A stretch of 46,316 nucleotides of DNA, taken from Saprolegnia diclina VS20 (lineage: Eukaryota). The notes below the pieces were generated by a model. The model was not told the origin of the DNA. It saw only the letters and a program-made list of their open reading frames with translations, and made no database searches. The position numbers and the translations under genes are program-made. The DNA lies in the NCBI RefSeq assembly GCF_000281045.1, contig NW_008246079.1, forward strand, positions 177,283-223,598, given 5' to 3'. Numbering within the stretch: the stretch's first letter is position 1; every line of letters begins with the position of its first letter. This document shows, piece by piece, positions 22,724-33,700 of the stretch.

Positions 22724-25700
22724 ACCAAGACGAATATTTCAGAATACGAAGAAAAGAACCAACTAATCTCTCATTTTACGCCGGCACAATGCACTTGTCT
22801 AAGCCAATAGAGGCGGTCGAATCTTCTCGCCGACTGGCGATTGGCACGGACGCGAACCCACCATGCTGCAGCGTCCCACGCTCCAGTCAGCGGGCCACGT
22901 GTGTCACGCCCGTCGTTGAAGGTGCAGATTCCCCAAGATTCGATTCCTATAGCACCAAGATCTTAGGTCTACACAGGCGCAGTTGCAGGCCAGGTCGTGA
23001 CACCCACGCGAGATCCGAGCATGCTCCATTTGAGCACAAACAACATGTGCAGGTCACACCCCTTTCCTATGGCGACGCGCTTCTATGAAGGACGTCGTGG
23101 TCGCTGGAATCCCAAGCGTAGACCTGTGGTATTAGAGAAAGATTTCCAAACTAAGCTAATCAAATTGGAGTGCCATTTGCATACCGCCATCGAGACGCTC
23201 GTTTCGATTACGAAATGGCGCGGTTGTCAGTCGAGCGCTGTCCGACCACTGCACGCGTGCTTACCACCTCGAACCTCGAAAGAGAGGGAAAAGGGACGAA
23301 AGATTCGATGACGAAGCCGACATTGGACGCTCAGCATGTTAGATACATAATGTACCCTCAACCGACGGCAGACTGCAGGTTGGGACCAGACTACGCCGGC
23401 ACGACCACAGCGTTTGGCCACGAGTGCATCTGGCGCGTCCGGATGGCTGGCACTGGTCACGGCCGTGCCAACAGGCTACTTTGGTGGACTCTGAGGTGCC
23501 GCATCGACGACCGATGAGAGAGGCTGCGGAGACCACGGCGAGCGATATGTATTGCTCGAATGCTGCTTTGCGGCAGTCACGAAGCGAGGAGCGTCGAATC
23601 TTCAAGGAACCGGCGACCAGAATGATGGATACACCTACACAGACAGCACGTGTTGCACCATATGGTCACTGATTGCAGAAGACCACAAACGGCGTGACGA
23701 CCTGGCGCCAGTGAGCCGAGCGCGTTACGCTCACCATACACGCTACCACAGAATACCAGGGCGTCTTCAATCGTATGTCGATCGACCTAATGACGTAGTA
23801 GCTCACGCACCGGCATGCAGGTGGAGACATGCCGCTTCCGAATGCGTCTTCCTCGTGGATGCTTCCTTTTCGTTCTGACGTTATCTATTGGCGATGGGGT
23901 AGTGCAACCATGGAATGACGGACTCGAATCGCGAGTGAATCCCGAGCGAAGTTGTCGAGGGTAGAAGACACCACGTCGGTAGAGGCGATGGTAGTAGTGT
24001 CACGCGAATCTGCAGGCGCCATCCGACACGAGCACTCCAAGACGATCGTCACGTGCAAGCAGAGAACACACACGCAGCAACCCGCGCCTTAGCGACCTAT
24101 GAGAGCCTTTGATTTATGCCCTTGGCGAGCCCACGTGAAAAATATGAAGTTGGTTGTGGGGAATGAGGCAAGGCCTCCCGACGTAGGACGATCGCCAAAA
24201 TAATATGAGCATTCACCAGCTCCTTCTTGCCTACTGCACGTCGTCGACGAATCGCTTATGGGCATCGATCGATCCGAGTGCGTGTGTGGGGCTCCCTTGG
24301 ACGACGAGACCGCAGTCAAGCGTTAGGTGCACTGTACGTTGTCTCTACCAAGAAGCTTGGTCCGATGGAAGCAAGGATCTATGGAAAGCGTTTGTGGAGG
24401 GTGACAAGGCCTCGTGAGGGCGATGCTCGACCCGCATCGATCGTTGAGCGGTCCAAGCCACGGCGACTCAAAAGCTGCTTCTGCCTCGACGCAATAGTTC
24501 CATTGCGTGATTCATGTAGTGCCTCAATCAAGAGCAAACAACTTCGGGGGCACCAACCATGTTAATGTGTGACCGTTGGTCGCATGCAGTGGTGGGGCAC
24601 TGGGTGTGAGCCTAGCCCACGTCAACACCACTAGGCCGGGACAAGGCGATGTGTGTTTGCATGTTTAGTCCTACGGGAGAAGCCCGTTGATGTGAGACTG
24701 TACAATCTTTGGCAGCAGCCAGTAGACTGTCACTTTCCTATTTGCCTCGTAGTACACACGCCGGTGTTTGGGAGTACGGCCTCCCTTTGTCTGGCGTTGT
24801 CTTCGTGGCGGAAGCGGTCACATAATGCCCGCCATGCCAGTGGTGGGCGAGGCAGGTTAACTTGTTGCCTGGCGCTACACATGTGGGCTTGAGCCCACTT
24901 GCCTGTGTGTTCTAGATCTGGGCCTCTTCATGCGCACTTCCTCTTTTACTTTTTGTGAACGAGTGAGTCATCTTTTGCGTCGTGGATTCCTGCTTCACAT
25001 GCGGATTCAAGCCCCGTTTCTTCTCTTTCACATTGGCGGTGACATCAGAGCCAACAAGCTGTTTAAGTATCGATGCTGCAGCAAGCGCTTGCTTGGGTGA
25101 TCTCAGTGTCGCCACAAGCTGCGTGCATCCACTTGAGGTGGAGCGGCCGACGACGCTGGCGCATCAAAGGGCATCTCGCAGCTTTGTACCGGACGCCACC
25201 CACTTGTGAACGTTCACAAAGGTGATAATGCAGCCCGAGCCCCACCCGTCGAACGCAGCAGCCTGAACGCAGCGCCATCTCAAGCTGTGAACAAGCTGTG
25301 GCCAACTGACCCTCTCGGATATACAGTGCCAGAGCTCTTGCTATGGTGTCGCCCCAATATATTCACGGCGACGGCAAGACGCCCGGTAGTGGAGATACGT
25401 TTGGGCTAGCGACCGCCGAGTCGAGCTGGCTTCGAGTTCAAGCTCTCGTTTCGAATCAGTGGGTGCATGAGGTCACTGCGTACATAGTACATGGCAAGCT
25501 TCTTGCATGCAGCCGCGCCTCCATGATAGGCAGTTCTTATTTCCCTTCATTATACATAGCCTCTTACATTGCATACTTGCCACGAAATGTTGGGATCATT
25601 TTATAGAGTAAAAAACCTGCATTATGTAATACACTGTGTCATTATATTAAGGAAGTCTGCGTGCGACATGAGGTTCGATATGCGTGCCAGCCAATCCGGA

Positions 25701-25773
25701 ACGGCGGATCTCGGCGAGGATCGCCACATCCCGACGACGACGACGGAGATGGCTCACATTCCCTTTTGCCGCC

Positions 25774-26565
25774 ATGCAGCTCCAGCTTGCGCTCACCGCC
25801 GCCGCCGCGACCCTCGCTGCCGGCCATATCTTCGAGTCAGACCACAAGATGATCTTTGCCGGCTCCGAAGAAGCCAAGGGCAATGCCACCTTTGTGGCCG
25901 GTCTTCGTGACACGGCCGACGGGCTCAACCGCTGCGCGGGCACGCTCATCGCGCCAACGGCGGTCTTGACGTCGGCGCACTGCCTCTTCAAGCAGGTGGG
26001 CCCGCGCCAGTACCAGTTCACGCCCGTCAACTACGTCTCGATCGGGTCGCACTACGCCAACGGGACAGACAATGACTCGGAGCTCATCAAGGTGACGCAG
26101 AGCGCGCCGCATGGCAACTACTCGTTCAACAGCGTCTACTGGGAGTCCCAGTACGACTTTGCGATCCTCGTCCTCGAAAAAGCGTCCAAGTTTACGCCGC
26201 TCGACATTTACTTTGAAGACGACAGCGTGAACGCGCCCGGCACGACCGCCATGGTGCGCGGCTGGCCGCACCAGCCCAAATCCAAGGACCCGACGACGCT
26301 CAAGGTCGAGCTCGCGACGATCCAAAAGCCCGACGAGTGCAAGGCCGCGTACCCGCAGGTGCAGCCCGTCCACATTTGCACGGCCGCGAGCTCGGTCAGC
26401 GACCTCTGCGCCGGCGACTCGGGCGGCCCGCTCACGGTCAAGAAGGACGGAAAGGAGGTGCTCATTGGCGTCGACAGCTACGGCGCGGGCTGCGGCGGCG
26501 GCATCGGCATCTATGGCCGCATCTCGTCCGGCAAGTCGTTCATCCAGCCTTTCCTCGCCAAGTAA
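25774..26565 (+). CDS. Secreted trypsin-family (S1) serine protease, catalytic triad intact
   Basis: Hydrophobic signal peptide, mature start IFAG, LTSAHC, DFAIL and DLCAGDSGGP (Asp189 retained). Confidence 0.92.
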   Translation: MQLQLALTAAAATLAAGHIFESDHKMIFAGSEEAKGNATFVAGLRDTADGLNRCAGTLIAPTAVLTSAHCLFKQVGPRQYQFTPVNYVSIGSHYANGTDNDSELIKVTQSAPHGNYSFNSVYWESQYDFAILVLEKASKFTPLDIYFEDDSVNAPGTTAMVRGWPHQPKSKDPTTLKVELATIQKPDECKAAYPQVQPVHICTAASSVSDLCAGDSGGPLTVKKDGKEVLIGVDSYGAGCGGGIGIYGRISSGKSFIQPFLAK

Positions 26566-27144
26566 TTTCAATCCCATTTTCAATGTTTCAACTCTGTCGC
26601 TGGCCGACATCAGCACGGGGCGGTCCTAGTCGAATTGAGCGAATCGTGGCGTGTCGGTTGCTGCAGCTGGCAACCAGCTCTGGCTCGGAGCACGTGAGCT
26701 GACGCGCGTGCAGCTGGGACGGACTGCTGGTCGACAGGAGTCATCTCGAAATCAAAGCGCCGCAGCTGTGCGGGGGGTTGAAGCTAAACCTCTATTTTCA
26801 TGTACCTGCATAAACCAATCGTTTGTGCAGTCGTGTAATAAGAAATAAAAAGAGTCCAAAACCGTGGCAGTCGATATCCTTCAATATATAATAGATATGC
26901 TTGAACTGCGCAGGGCCGAGCCTCGGCAAACTCATTTTTTGCGACAACAGTCCATGAAGCTGACAAGCAAGGATGTACTATCTTGGCTCGATGAGTGCTA
27001 CTACATGCCTATCTATCCAGCACTTCTATCCATCGCTCTGCGCTGGGTTGAAAAAGCTTGGGCTGGGAGTTGGCTGGGTTGTTCGTCGTTTCGCGTCCAG
27101 GAAATGGGCCAATCAGAGCGCGGCAAGGATACGCTGTCAGCGTC

Positions 27145-27160
27145 GCTCATTCCACAACTG
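27145..27160 (+). promoter_or_regulatory. Inr(-FPR)-like core promoter element
   Basis: GCTCATTCCACAACTG lies just before ATG 27164. This supports 27164 rather than 26864 as the start. Confidence 0.55.
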
Positions 27161-27163
27161 ACC

Positions 27164-27937
27164 ATGCTCGCCGCACTCCGCACGCTTGGCCTCACTGCGC
27201 TGGTCGCGACGAACGTCTTGGGGTGGCCCATGCTTCATGGTGGCAACCCCGCGCCAGACGCCACCTTTGTTGCGGGCGTCCGCGACTCGATCAACGGCGC
27301 CAACCGCTGCGCCGGCACGCTCATTGCACCCCGTCTCGTGCTCACGGCGGCGCACTGCCTCTTCACACAAGTTCAAATCCGCGTGTATCAGTTCTTGCCC
27401 GCGCAGTACGTCTCGATTGGCGCAGTGAACGCCAACGGCACTGGCGAGCAGATCGCGGTCATTCAGAGCGTCGTGCACCCCAACTACACGTACGATGCCC
27501 TCAACTGGTCAACGACGAATGACGTTGGCGTGCTTATCCTCGCCTCGCCGTCAAGCTACCCTCCGATCGCGCTCGACTTTAACCCACTTGTGCCCGCCGG
27601 CGTCTCGGCAACCGTGTACGGCTGGCCGGATGCCGCTGGCAATCGATCTGTCGAGACCGCCACGGTGCTGAGCCAAGGTGCGTGTCAAAGTGTGTTTACC
27701 CAGCTCAGCGCTACGAGTCTGTGCACTGAAGCCGAGTCGCAGCGCAACCAATGCAGTCGCAACTCGGGCGGTCCCTTGACCATCGTCGCCAACGGCTCGC
27801 AGGTCCTCGTCGGCGTCGATAGCTTTGGCATCGACTGCCAATCCGGGATCGACGTCTCGGCGCGGCTCTCGTCCGCACAAGACTTTTTGACACCGTTCTT
27901 GACCAACGCCACGTTGAACACAGTGTTGTCTCTCTAA
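27164..27937 (+). CDS. Secreted trypsin-family (S1) homologue with altered active-site loop
   Basis: Signal peptide MLAALRTLGLTALVATNVLG, LTAAHC and DVGVL are present, but NQCSRNSGGP replaces DxCxGDSGGP. It is a tandem paralogue of 25774-26565. Confidence 0.9.
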   Translation: MLAALRTLGLTALVATNVLGWPMLHGGNPAPDATFVAGVRDSINGANRCAGTLIAPRLVLTAAHCLFTQVQIRVYQFLPAQYVSIGAVNANGTGEQIAVIQSVVHPNYTYDALNWSTTNDVGVLILASPSSYPPIALDFNPLVPAGVSATVYGWPDAAGNRSVETATVLSQGACQSVFTQLSATSLCTEAESQRNQCSRNSGGPLTIVANGSQVLVGVDSFGIDCQSGIDVSARLSSAQDFLTPFLTNATLNTVLSL

Positions 27938-28718
27938 TAAGAACACTATCACGAATGGTCTTGGGTGTTGCCCAATCAACAACTGCAGTATCATGAAATA
28001 CAGTGTATGGGATTCTGTATTTCTGGTATCCACGGAGCTTCACTCATCAGGATGGGCAGTTGAACCCTGGCGCCATCTCGCCGTGCTCCACGAGGACGAT
28101 GGAGCGTCGTGTTTCCAGCTCAACGAGTTGTAGAATCAAGCTAGCTATATGCGTCCATGTAAGCTTAGTCAGGCACAGAACCTAGTCGAAGACGTACCGA
28201 CTTGTAGTTAGTTGACCGAATGCGGTGCCAACGACGTCAAAATGACCCAAGTTGCCTTGCCTCAGTCGCCAGGGCGCATTTAATTCCATATTTTTTAAAG
28301 AAGCATACAAACCTTAGGTAAATGTGGCGATATTTGAATTAAATACGGCAACTTTGACTCCAGCGCAGTAGCCAATCCGCGACGAACGTCCATTTCCGTT
28401 ACAGATTGCCCAGTCGAGTATACTCATCCCAAGTTTAAATCTGGCCAATCGTGCCATGGCAAGCTGTTCTTTTCAACCAATCGGCATGCTGTATTAACTC
28501 TTGCAGTAGGTATCAACTTATTACGCACAAGGTACCCCACATACTCAGAGCCCAAAAGCCAAATCCGCTGTTGATAGGATACATGAATGGAATTTCTCGC
28601 AACGTCTCCGAGCTTGAGGAGAAAAGATATGGCTTGGTGCGTCAGAGGGTCTTATTTATAAACGGCGAGCCCAACGACGCCAATCAAGGTGGACGTGGAC
28701 GATAGCAGCGGCGCCAGC

Positions 28719-29685
28719 ATGGAGAGGACCTTCGCGGTAGACGACAATGGCCGCGTGGCCGAGCCCGACGACGAAGAAGAGTACGAGTCCGAGGACCCGG
28801 CGCCGGGGACGACCGACCGGCGCAAGCAGTGGAACGCCGAGGACGACGCCGCCATCTTGCAGTTTGTCAAGTCATTTGGCACGAAACGCTGGTCCAAGAT
28901 TGCCAAGCTTCTGCCCGGGCGCACGCCCAAGCAATGCCGGACACGGTGCGCCTCTCGATAACGACAATGACGTCATGACCAAACGATGCCATGTAGATGG
29001 TTGAACTTTCTCGACCCGTCGATCGACAAAGCGCCGTGGCGTGCCGACGAGACCGAAATCATCTTTTCAGCGCAAGCGCGCGTCGGCAACCGGTGGGCCG
29101 AGATCGCCAAGCTCCTTCCGGGCCGGTATGATCACCACGTGCAACACGCGGAGCAGTATCTTGATGCGTAGAACGGACAATGCGATCAAGAACCATTGGT
29201 ACTCGACGTCGCGGCGCCGACAGCGCCAAGCTGCCAAGCAACGCGACCAGGTCAGCCGTCGCGCTGTGCGCGTGGTCAAGCCACTCCAGATCAAGCAGGC
29301 CGAGGAGCTCGCCAAGAAGCAGGCCGCGGCCGCCTCGGCGCCCACGACCGTGTCACAGCTCTTTCCGCCACAGCGTCGGCTCATGCCGAGCGACCCGGAC
29401 TCGTGGACGCCCCCAGCCTTTACGCTGACCAACAACCCGACCGCGTGGACACCACCGGACGCCAAGCACACGCTGTGCTACGACCAAAACCAGATGATGA
29501 CGCCCAACGCGCCGACAAGCCCCGACTCGTTCTCGAGCGAGGGCATCAAGGTCATGCCGCTGGACCGGCCCGTCAAGCCCAAGCTGCGCGTCGATATGCT
29601 CAAATCTGCATCGTCGCGCGAGCGCAGCAACAGCGCCGACCTCTTCCTCGACTGCGTGCACCTGCTCTCCGACATGCCCACGTAG
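28719..29685 (+). CDS. R2R3-Myb transcription factor (start codon uncertain)
   Basis: Translation gives W..EDD.....V..FG.KRWS.IA..LPGRT.KQCR.R|W.N.L.P.I....W...[23 protein letters not shown]. Introns are 28946-28996 and 29126-29171. Confidence 0.92.
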
Positions 29686-29724
29686 CTCTAGCTTTTTCTA
29701 CTCGTTTATATATTTGCTGCTGGC

Positions 29725-30908
29725 TTATGCCGCGAAGCGCGACTCGAGGCCTCGGACGAGGTGCACCAAGAGCTGGTTCGTTGGCGTCGGAATGCCATGG
29801 CGCTGCCCGTAGTACACGACCATTTCGTTGATGGCCCCAATCTCCGTAGGCTTTCGCGCCCGAATGTCGTGGAGCATCGAGCAGACGTTGGTCGCTGTCG
29901 CAGTCGCCACGTCCAGCGTGTACGCCAACGGGCTCTTGCCGTGGAGCTGCAGCGAGATGCCCTCGGCGGCCGCGACTGCCGCGACTTCGTTGACGACCGA
30001 CTCGACAATGTAGCGGTTCGAGTCGCCGTGCGTCACACACTACACGTTGCGTCTCGCCCCACTCTGTAGAAAGGACGCGTACGAGATTCGGGCGGTCCAA
30101 AATGGACGCGAGCGGATTAATACCGGCGTTCACGAGCAGCTTGGTCCAGATCACCGACTGTACGTCGCTGGAGTTGACGACAGTTGTATGCAGCTCTAGG
30201 TCCACCGGTGAGTTGCGGCCATTACATTTGCGTGTACGGGCTGCGTCGAGGAGCTTGCAGAGACGATCGAGGTGGAGTTGCTGGAGGTCGCTTAAATCGT
30301 CCGCGCCTTGGAGGATCGTCGAGCCTTGGCCGCCGAGGATCACGTGGCCTGGCGATATACATTGACCGCCCATGTAAGTGACCCCATGGAGGACGTTCTC
30401 GGTCGCGAGGGTCTCTCGCAGCGTCTGGACGTTCCCGAGACCTACCAGCCATGGCTCGTGTCGCTATTCATAACGGGCAAAGTACCGTTCTGAAGCGAAA
30501 TCAAGAGCGAGTTCTTCCCGATCAAGGGGGACGCCTATGCAGCGTGCGTCAGTGGCCGGCGAAGAGGTGGGAGAACGGTACGGCGAGCTGCTGGGCTACG
30601 TCGAGCGTGTCGTTCGACTTGACGGCGATGAACACGACGTCGAGCGGGTCCGTGACGCGCTTGTCGGCGCCAGTCGTGAGCGCGAGCGCGTTTGGCGGCG
30701 TGCGCACGGGCACGTGCAGGATCGGGTCAGGCTGGCCACGCTCGTAGAGGGCGACGCTCTCGAGGCGAGGCAGGTGCTGCGGCTTGACGAGCGCGAAGAC
30801 GCGGTTGGCGCTTTTGGCGCCAGCAATGTTGAGCGGGTTGATGTGGTGCAGCAGCCGGTTGAAGAAGATGGAGCCGACGGCGCCGAGCCCGACGACGCCA
30901 ACGCGCAT
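29725..30908 (-). CDS. panE: 2-dehydropantoate 2-reductase (ketopantoate reductase, PanE/ApbA family), 4 introns
   Basis: Rossmann motif VGVVGLGAVG, DVVFIAVKS, SLQNG|LGN, W.KLLVNAGINPL (catalytic Lys), SM.HD...R.PTEI..IN (catalytic Glu) and GIPTP.N. Confidence 0.9.
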
Positions 30909-31159
30909 GCTGCTGCCCCTGCTGCTGGCAAAACCAGAAACGCGGGTGGCAGCAATCGGCAATTGCCGCACTGCCGAAAATAAGCAACCGAGTTCGGCGT
31001 CCCACGAGGAGTGATTGGTCAAAATGAATTCTTTTTCGCGAATGGCCTTGCGCCAAACTGTGGATGAGCCTCTTTTTCGTCCAATGAAACGGCATGGAAC
31101 CTGGGGCTGCTCGTCCAGATTGGGTAGATTTCCATATTCGTCACGGGGGAAGGAGCACG

Positions 31160-32658
31160 ATGGCCGGCCGCGGGGAATGCCAGACGACGAACACCAAGGA
31201 CTACGACAACGAGGATGAGCTGAATGAGGCCCCGTCCAAGGTGCTCGACGAAGGCGACATTGCGCTCCTCAAGACGTACGGCCTCGGGCCCTACACGCGC
31301 GCGATCAAGTCCGTCGAGGACGATATCAAGAAGGTCCAGCAGAGCGTCAACGACCTTGTGGGCATCAAGGAGAGCGACACGGGCCTCTCGCTCCCGTCGC
31401 AGTGGGATCTCGTCAGCGACAAGCAGATGATGCAGGAGGAGCAGCCGCTCCAGGTTGCACGCTGCACCAAGATCATCAACGCGGGCGAAGACGACGCCAA
31501 GTACATGATTAACGTCAAGCAGATCGCCAAGTTTGTCGTGGGCCTCGGCGAGAAGGTCGCGCCCACGGATATCGAAGAGGGCATGCGCGTCGGCGTCGAC
31601 CGCACCAAGTATGCGATCCAGATCCCGCTGCCGCCCAAGATTGACCCGACGGTGGGCGCCTTTGTCGCCGTGCATCTTGAACTAAAACACACTGTAGGTC
31701 TCGCTCATGACGGTCGAAGACAAGCCCGATGTCACGTACGATGATGTCGGTGGCTGCAAGGAGTCGCTCGAGAAGCTGCGCGAAGTCGTCGAGCTGCCGC
31801 TGCTGCACCCGGAGCGCTTTGTGAGCCTCGGTATCGATCCGCCCAAGGGCGTCCTCCTCTACGGCCCGCCCGGAACGGGTAAGACGCTCTCGGCGCGCGC
31901 CGTCGCCAACCGCACGGACGCGTGCTTCATCCGCGTCATTGGCAGCGAGCTCGTCCAAAAGTACGTTGGCGAAGGCGCGCGCATGGTCCGCGAACTCTTC
32001 ACCATGGCGCGCTCCAAGAAGGCGTGCATCGTCTTCTTCGATGAAGTCGACGCGATTGGTGGCGCTCGCTCCAGCTCGGTACGTCGCTCGTGCTTGACTT
32101 GCAACCCCTCTCATCGTCATCATGCAGGAGGAAGGCGGTACCGACAACGAAGTCCAGCGCACGATGCTGCAGATCGTCACGGAGCTCGATGGTTTCGACC
32201 CACGCGGCAACATCAAGGTTGGTTGTATCCCGACACGCACGCCTGACGATGATGGACGTAGGTGCTCATGGCGACGAACCGACCCGACACATTGGACCCG
32301 GCGCTCATGCGTCCCGGCCGCTTGGACCGGAAGGTCGAGTTTAACGTGCCGGAGCTCGAAGGCCGCACGCAGATTCTGCAGATCCACGCCAAGAGCATGA
32401 GCTGCGACCGCAACATTCGCTTTGAGCTCATTGCGCGCCTCTGCCCCAACACGACGGGTAGATCGACCTCGCTGAGATCTTAGTCTGACGTACTGCCCAG
32501 GTGCCGAGCTCCGCAGTGTGTGCACAGAGGCCGGTATGTATGCGATCCGCGCCCGGCGCAAGTCGGTGAGCGAGAAGGACTTTCTCGAGTCGGTCAACAA
32601 GGTCATCAAGGGCTACCAAAAGTTCTCGTCGACGCCCAAGTACATGGTCTACAACTAG
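31160..32658 (+). CDS. RPT1: 26S proteasome AAA-ATPase regulatory subunit 7 (Rpt1/PSMC2), 4 introns
   Basis: [22 protein letters not shown], Walker A GPPGTGKT, Walker [16 protein letters not shown] and C-terminal [11 protein letters not shown]. Introns are 31652-31697, 32079-32127, 32218-32261 and 32458-32500. Confidence 0.97.
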
Positions 32659-32728
32659 CCAGCGCGACGACGTGTCGTGTTAATGCAACACGCTACAAAT
32701 TGCTTGTGGTGTGCTTTCTCATTCTACA

Positions 32729-32765
32729 CTGGTATCGATCTGGTATCGGTCTGGTATCGATCTGG
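32729..32765. repeat. 11-bp tandem repeat (CTGGTATCGRT, about 3.4 copies)
   Basis: CTGGTATCGAT CTGGTATCGGT CTGGTATCGAT CTGG lies in the RPT1 3' flank. Confidence 0.75.
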
Positions 32766-33149
32766 CGCGGTGAGCACCATGGGTGAGCACGCCACGTGTG
32801 TCACGCGATATTTTATCCGGATATGCGCATCGGTTTGGGATTGTTTTTTACTACATACATTTTATAAGTTACTTTAATGCCAACATCCATCCCACGGTGG
32901 TATATCCGGATGACACGCGAAATCGAGCGGGGCGACCACATGACAGCGGCGGGATCCGAAGGAACGCGCCAGCGTCCTCCGAGTTCTTGCTATCGAACCT
33001 AGGACTACACGGCGTTAATGCCACTTGGCGTATGGTCTATCCAGCCCCGAGTCACCTCAGCTGCTGTTGAAATGAGCTATGAACATGCAATTATATGGTG
33101 AAGGTGGTGGACTTCCTTATGCGCTTGTGAGGTTTGGCCGGTACGTCAA

Positions 33150-33700
33150 GCTGAGGGCGCGTGGTCGGGGCTCGGGATTGAGTGGGAATGAGATAGTGAG
33201 CGCACCAAGGGTCGGCGCGTAGGGCATACAGCGACTCGACCAGCGAAGGCACGACGGCGCGGCAAGCCAAGTGCCGGATATGCAATCGCGTGATAGTAGG
33301 TAGCGGCTTTGATCGCGAGCCCAGCAGCGGGAAGGGGCGTCAATGTCGTTCGAGCAAAAGACTGGACCAGTGGACCAGACGCAAGCGCGCAAGATCGGCC
33401 AGAGGGCACGGATGGTCGACTTGTGGGCTGAGAACGGCAGAGCGACTGCATCGTAGAGGGATCCACCGACCGACGACGGAAGTTGCAGCTGCAAGATATC
33501 GCGCATCGGGTCAAAAGCGCGCCAGACCGCGCGGATGAATGGACAGCGCACTAGAAGATGGTCATACGTTTCGCGGGCGGGCACATCGCAGAGCGGGCAG
33601 AGTCTCTGGTGTACTCAGGTGCAGGAACGGAAGAATCGGTTCTCTGTCGACTCGGTGAGCAACGTGGCCTGGTCGAGCGAGGCGTAGAATGTGGCGGTCT
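33150..33700 (-). mobile_element. Degenerate 3' fragment of a non-LTR (L1/Tx1-like) retrotransposon ORF2
   Basis: The minus strand reads RLCPLCDVPARETYDHLLVRCPFIRAVW...LWPILRACVW, the CCHC zf-RVT-type knuckle found after RT in LINE ORF2. It is frameshifted on both sides and the boundaries are approximate. Confidence 0.7.

Noticed and set aside
23000..25600. 2.6-kb gene-free stretch with faint Tc1/IS630-like words (RVWGSL, EAWS..KDLW)
   Set aside because: No DDE motif, long frame or terminal inverted repeats were identifiable by eye. A frameshift-aware search is needed.
26864..27163. 100-aa N-terminal extension of the second trypsin in the ORF track (similarly 25684, 35427 and 40646 starts)
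   Set aside because: For the trypsins, an Inr-like motif and signal peptide place the start downstream. The other extensions lack family similarity.
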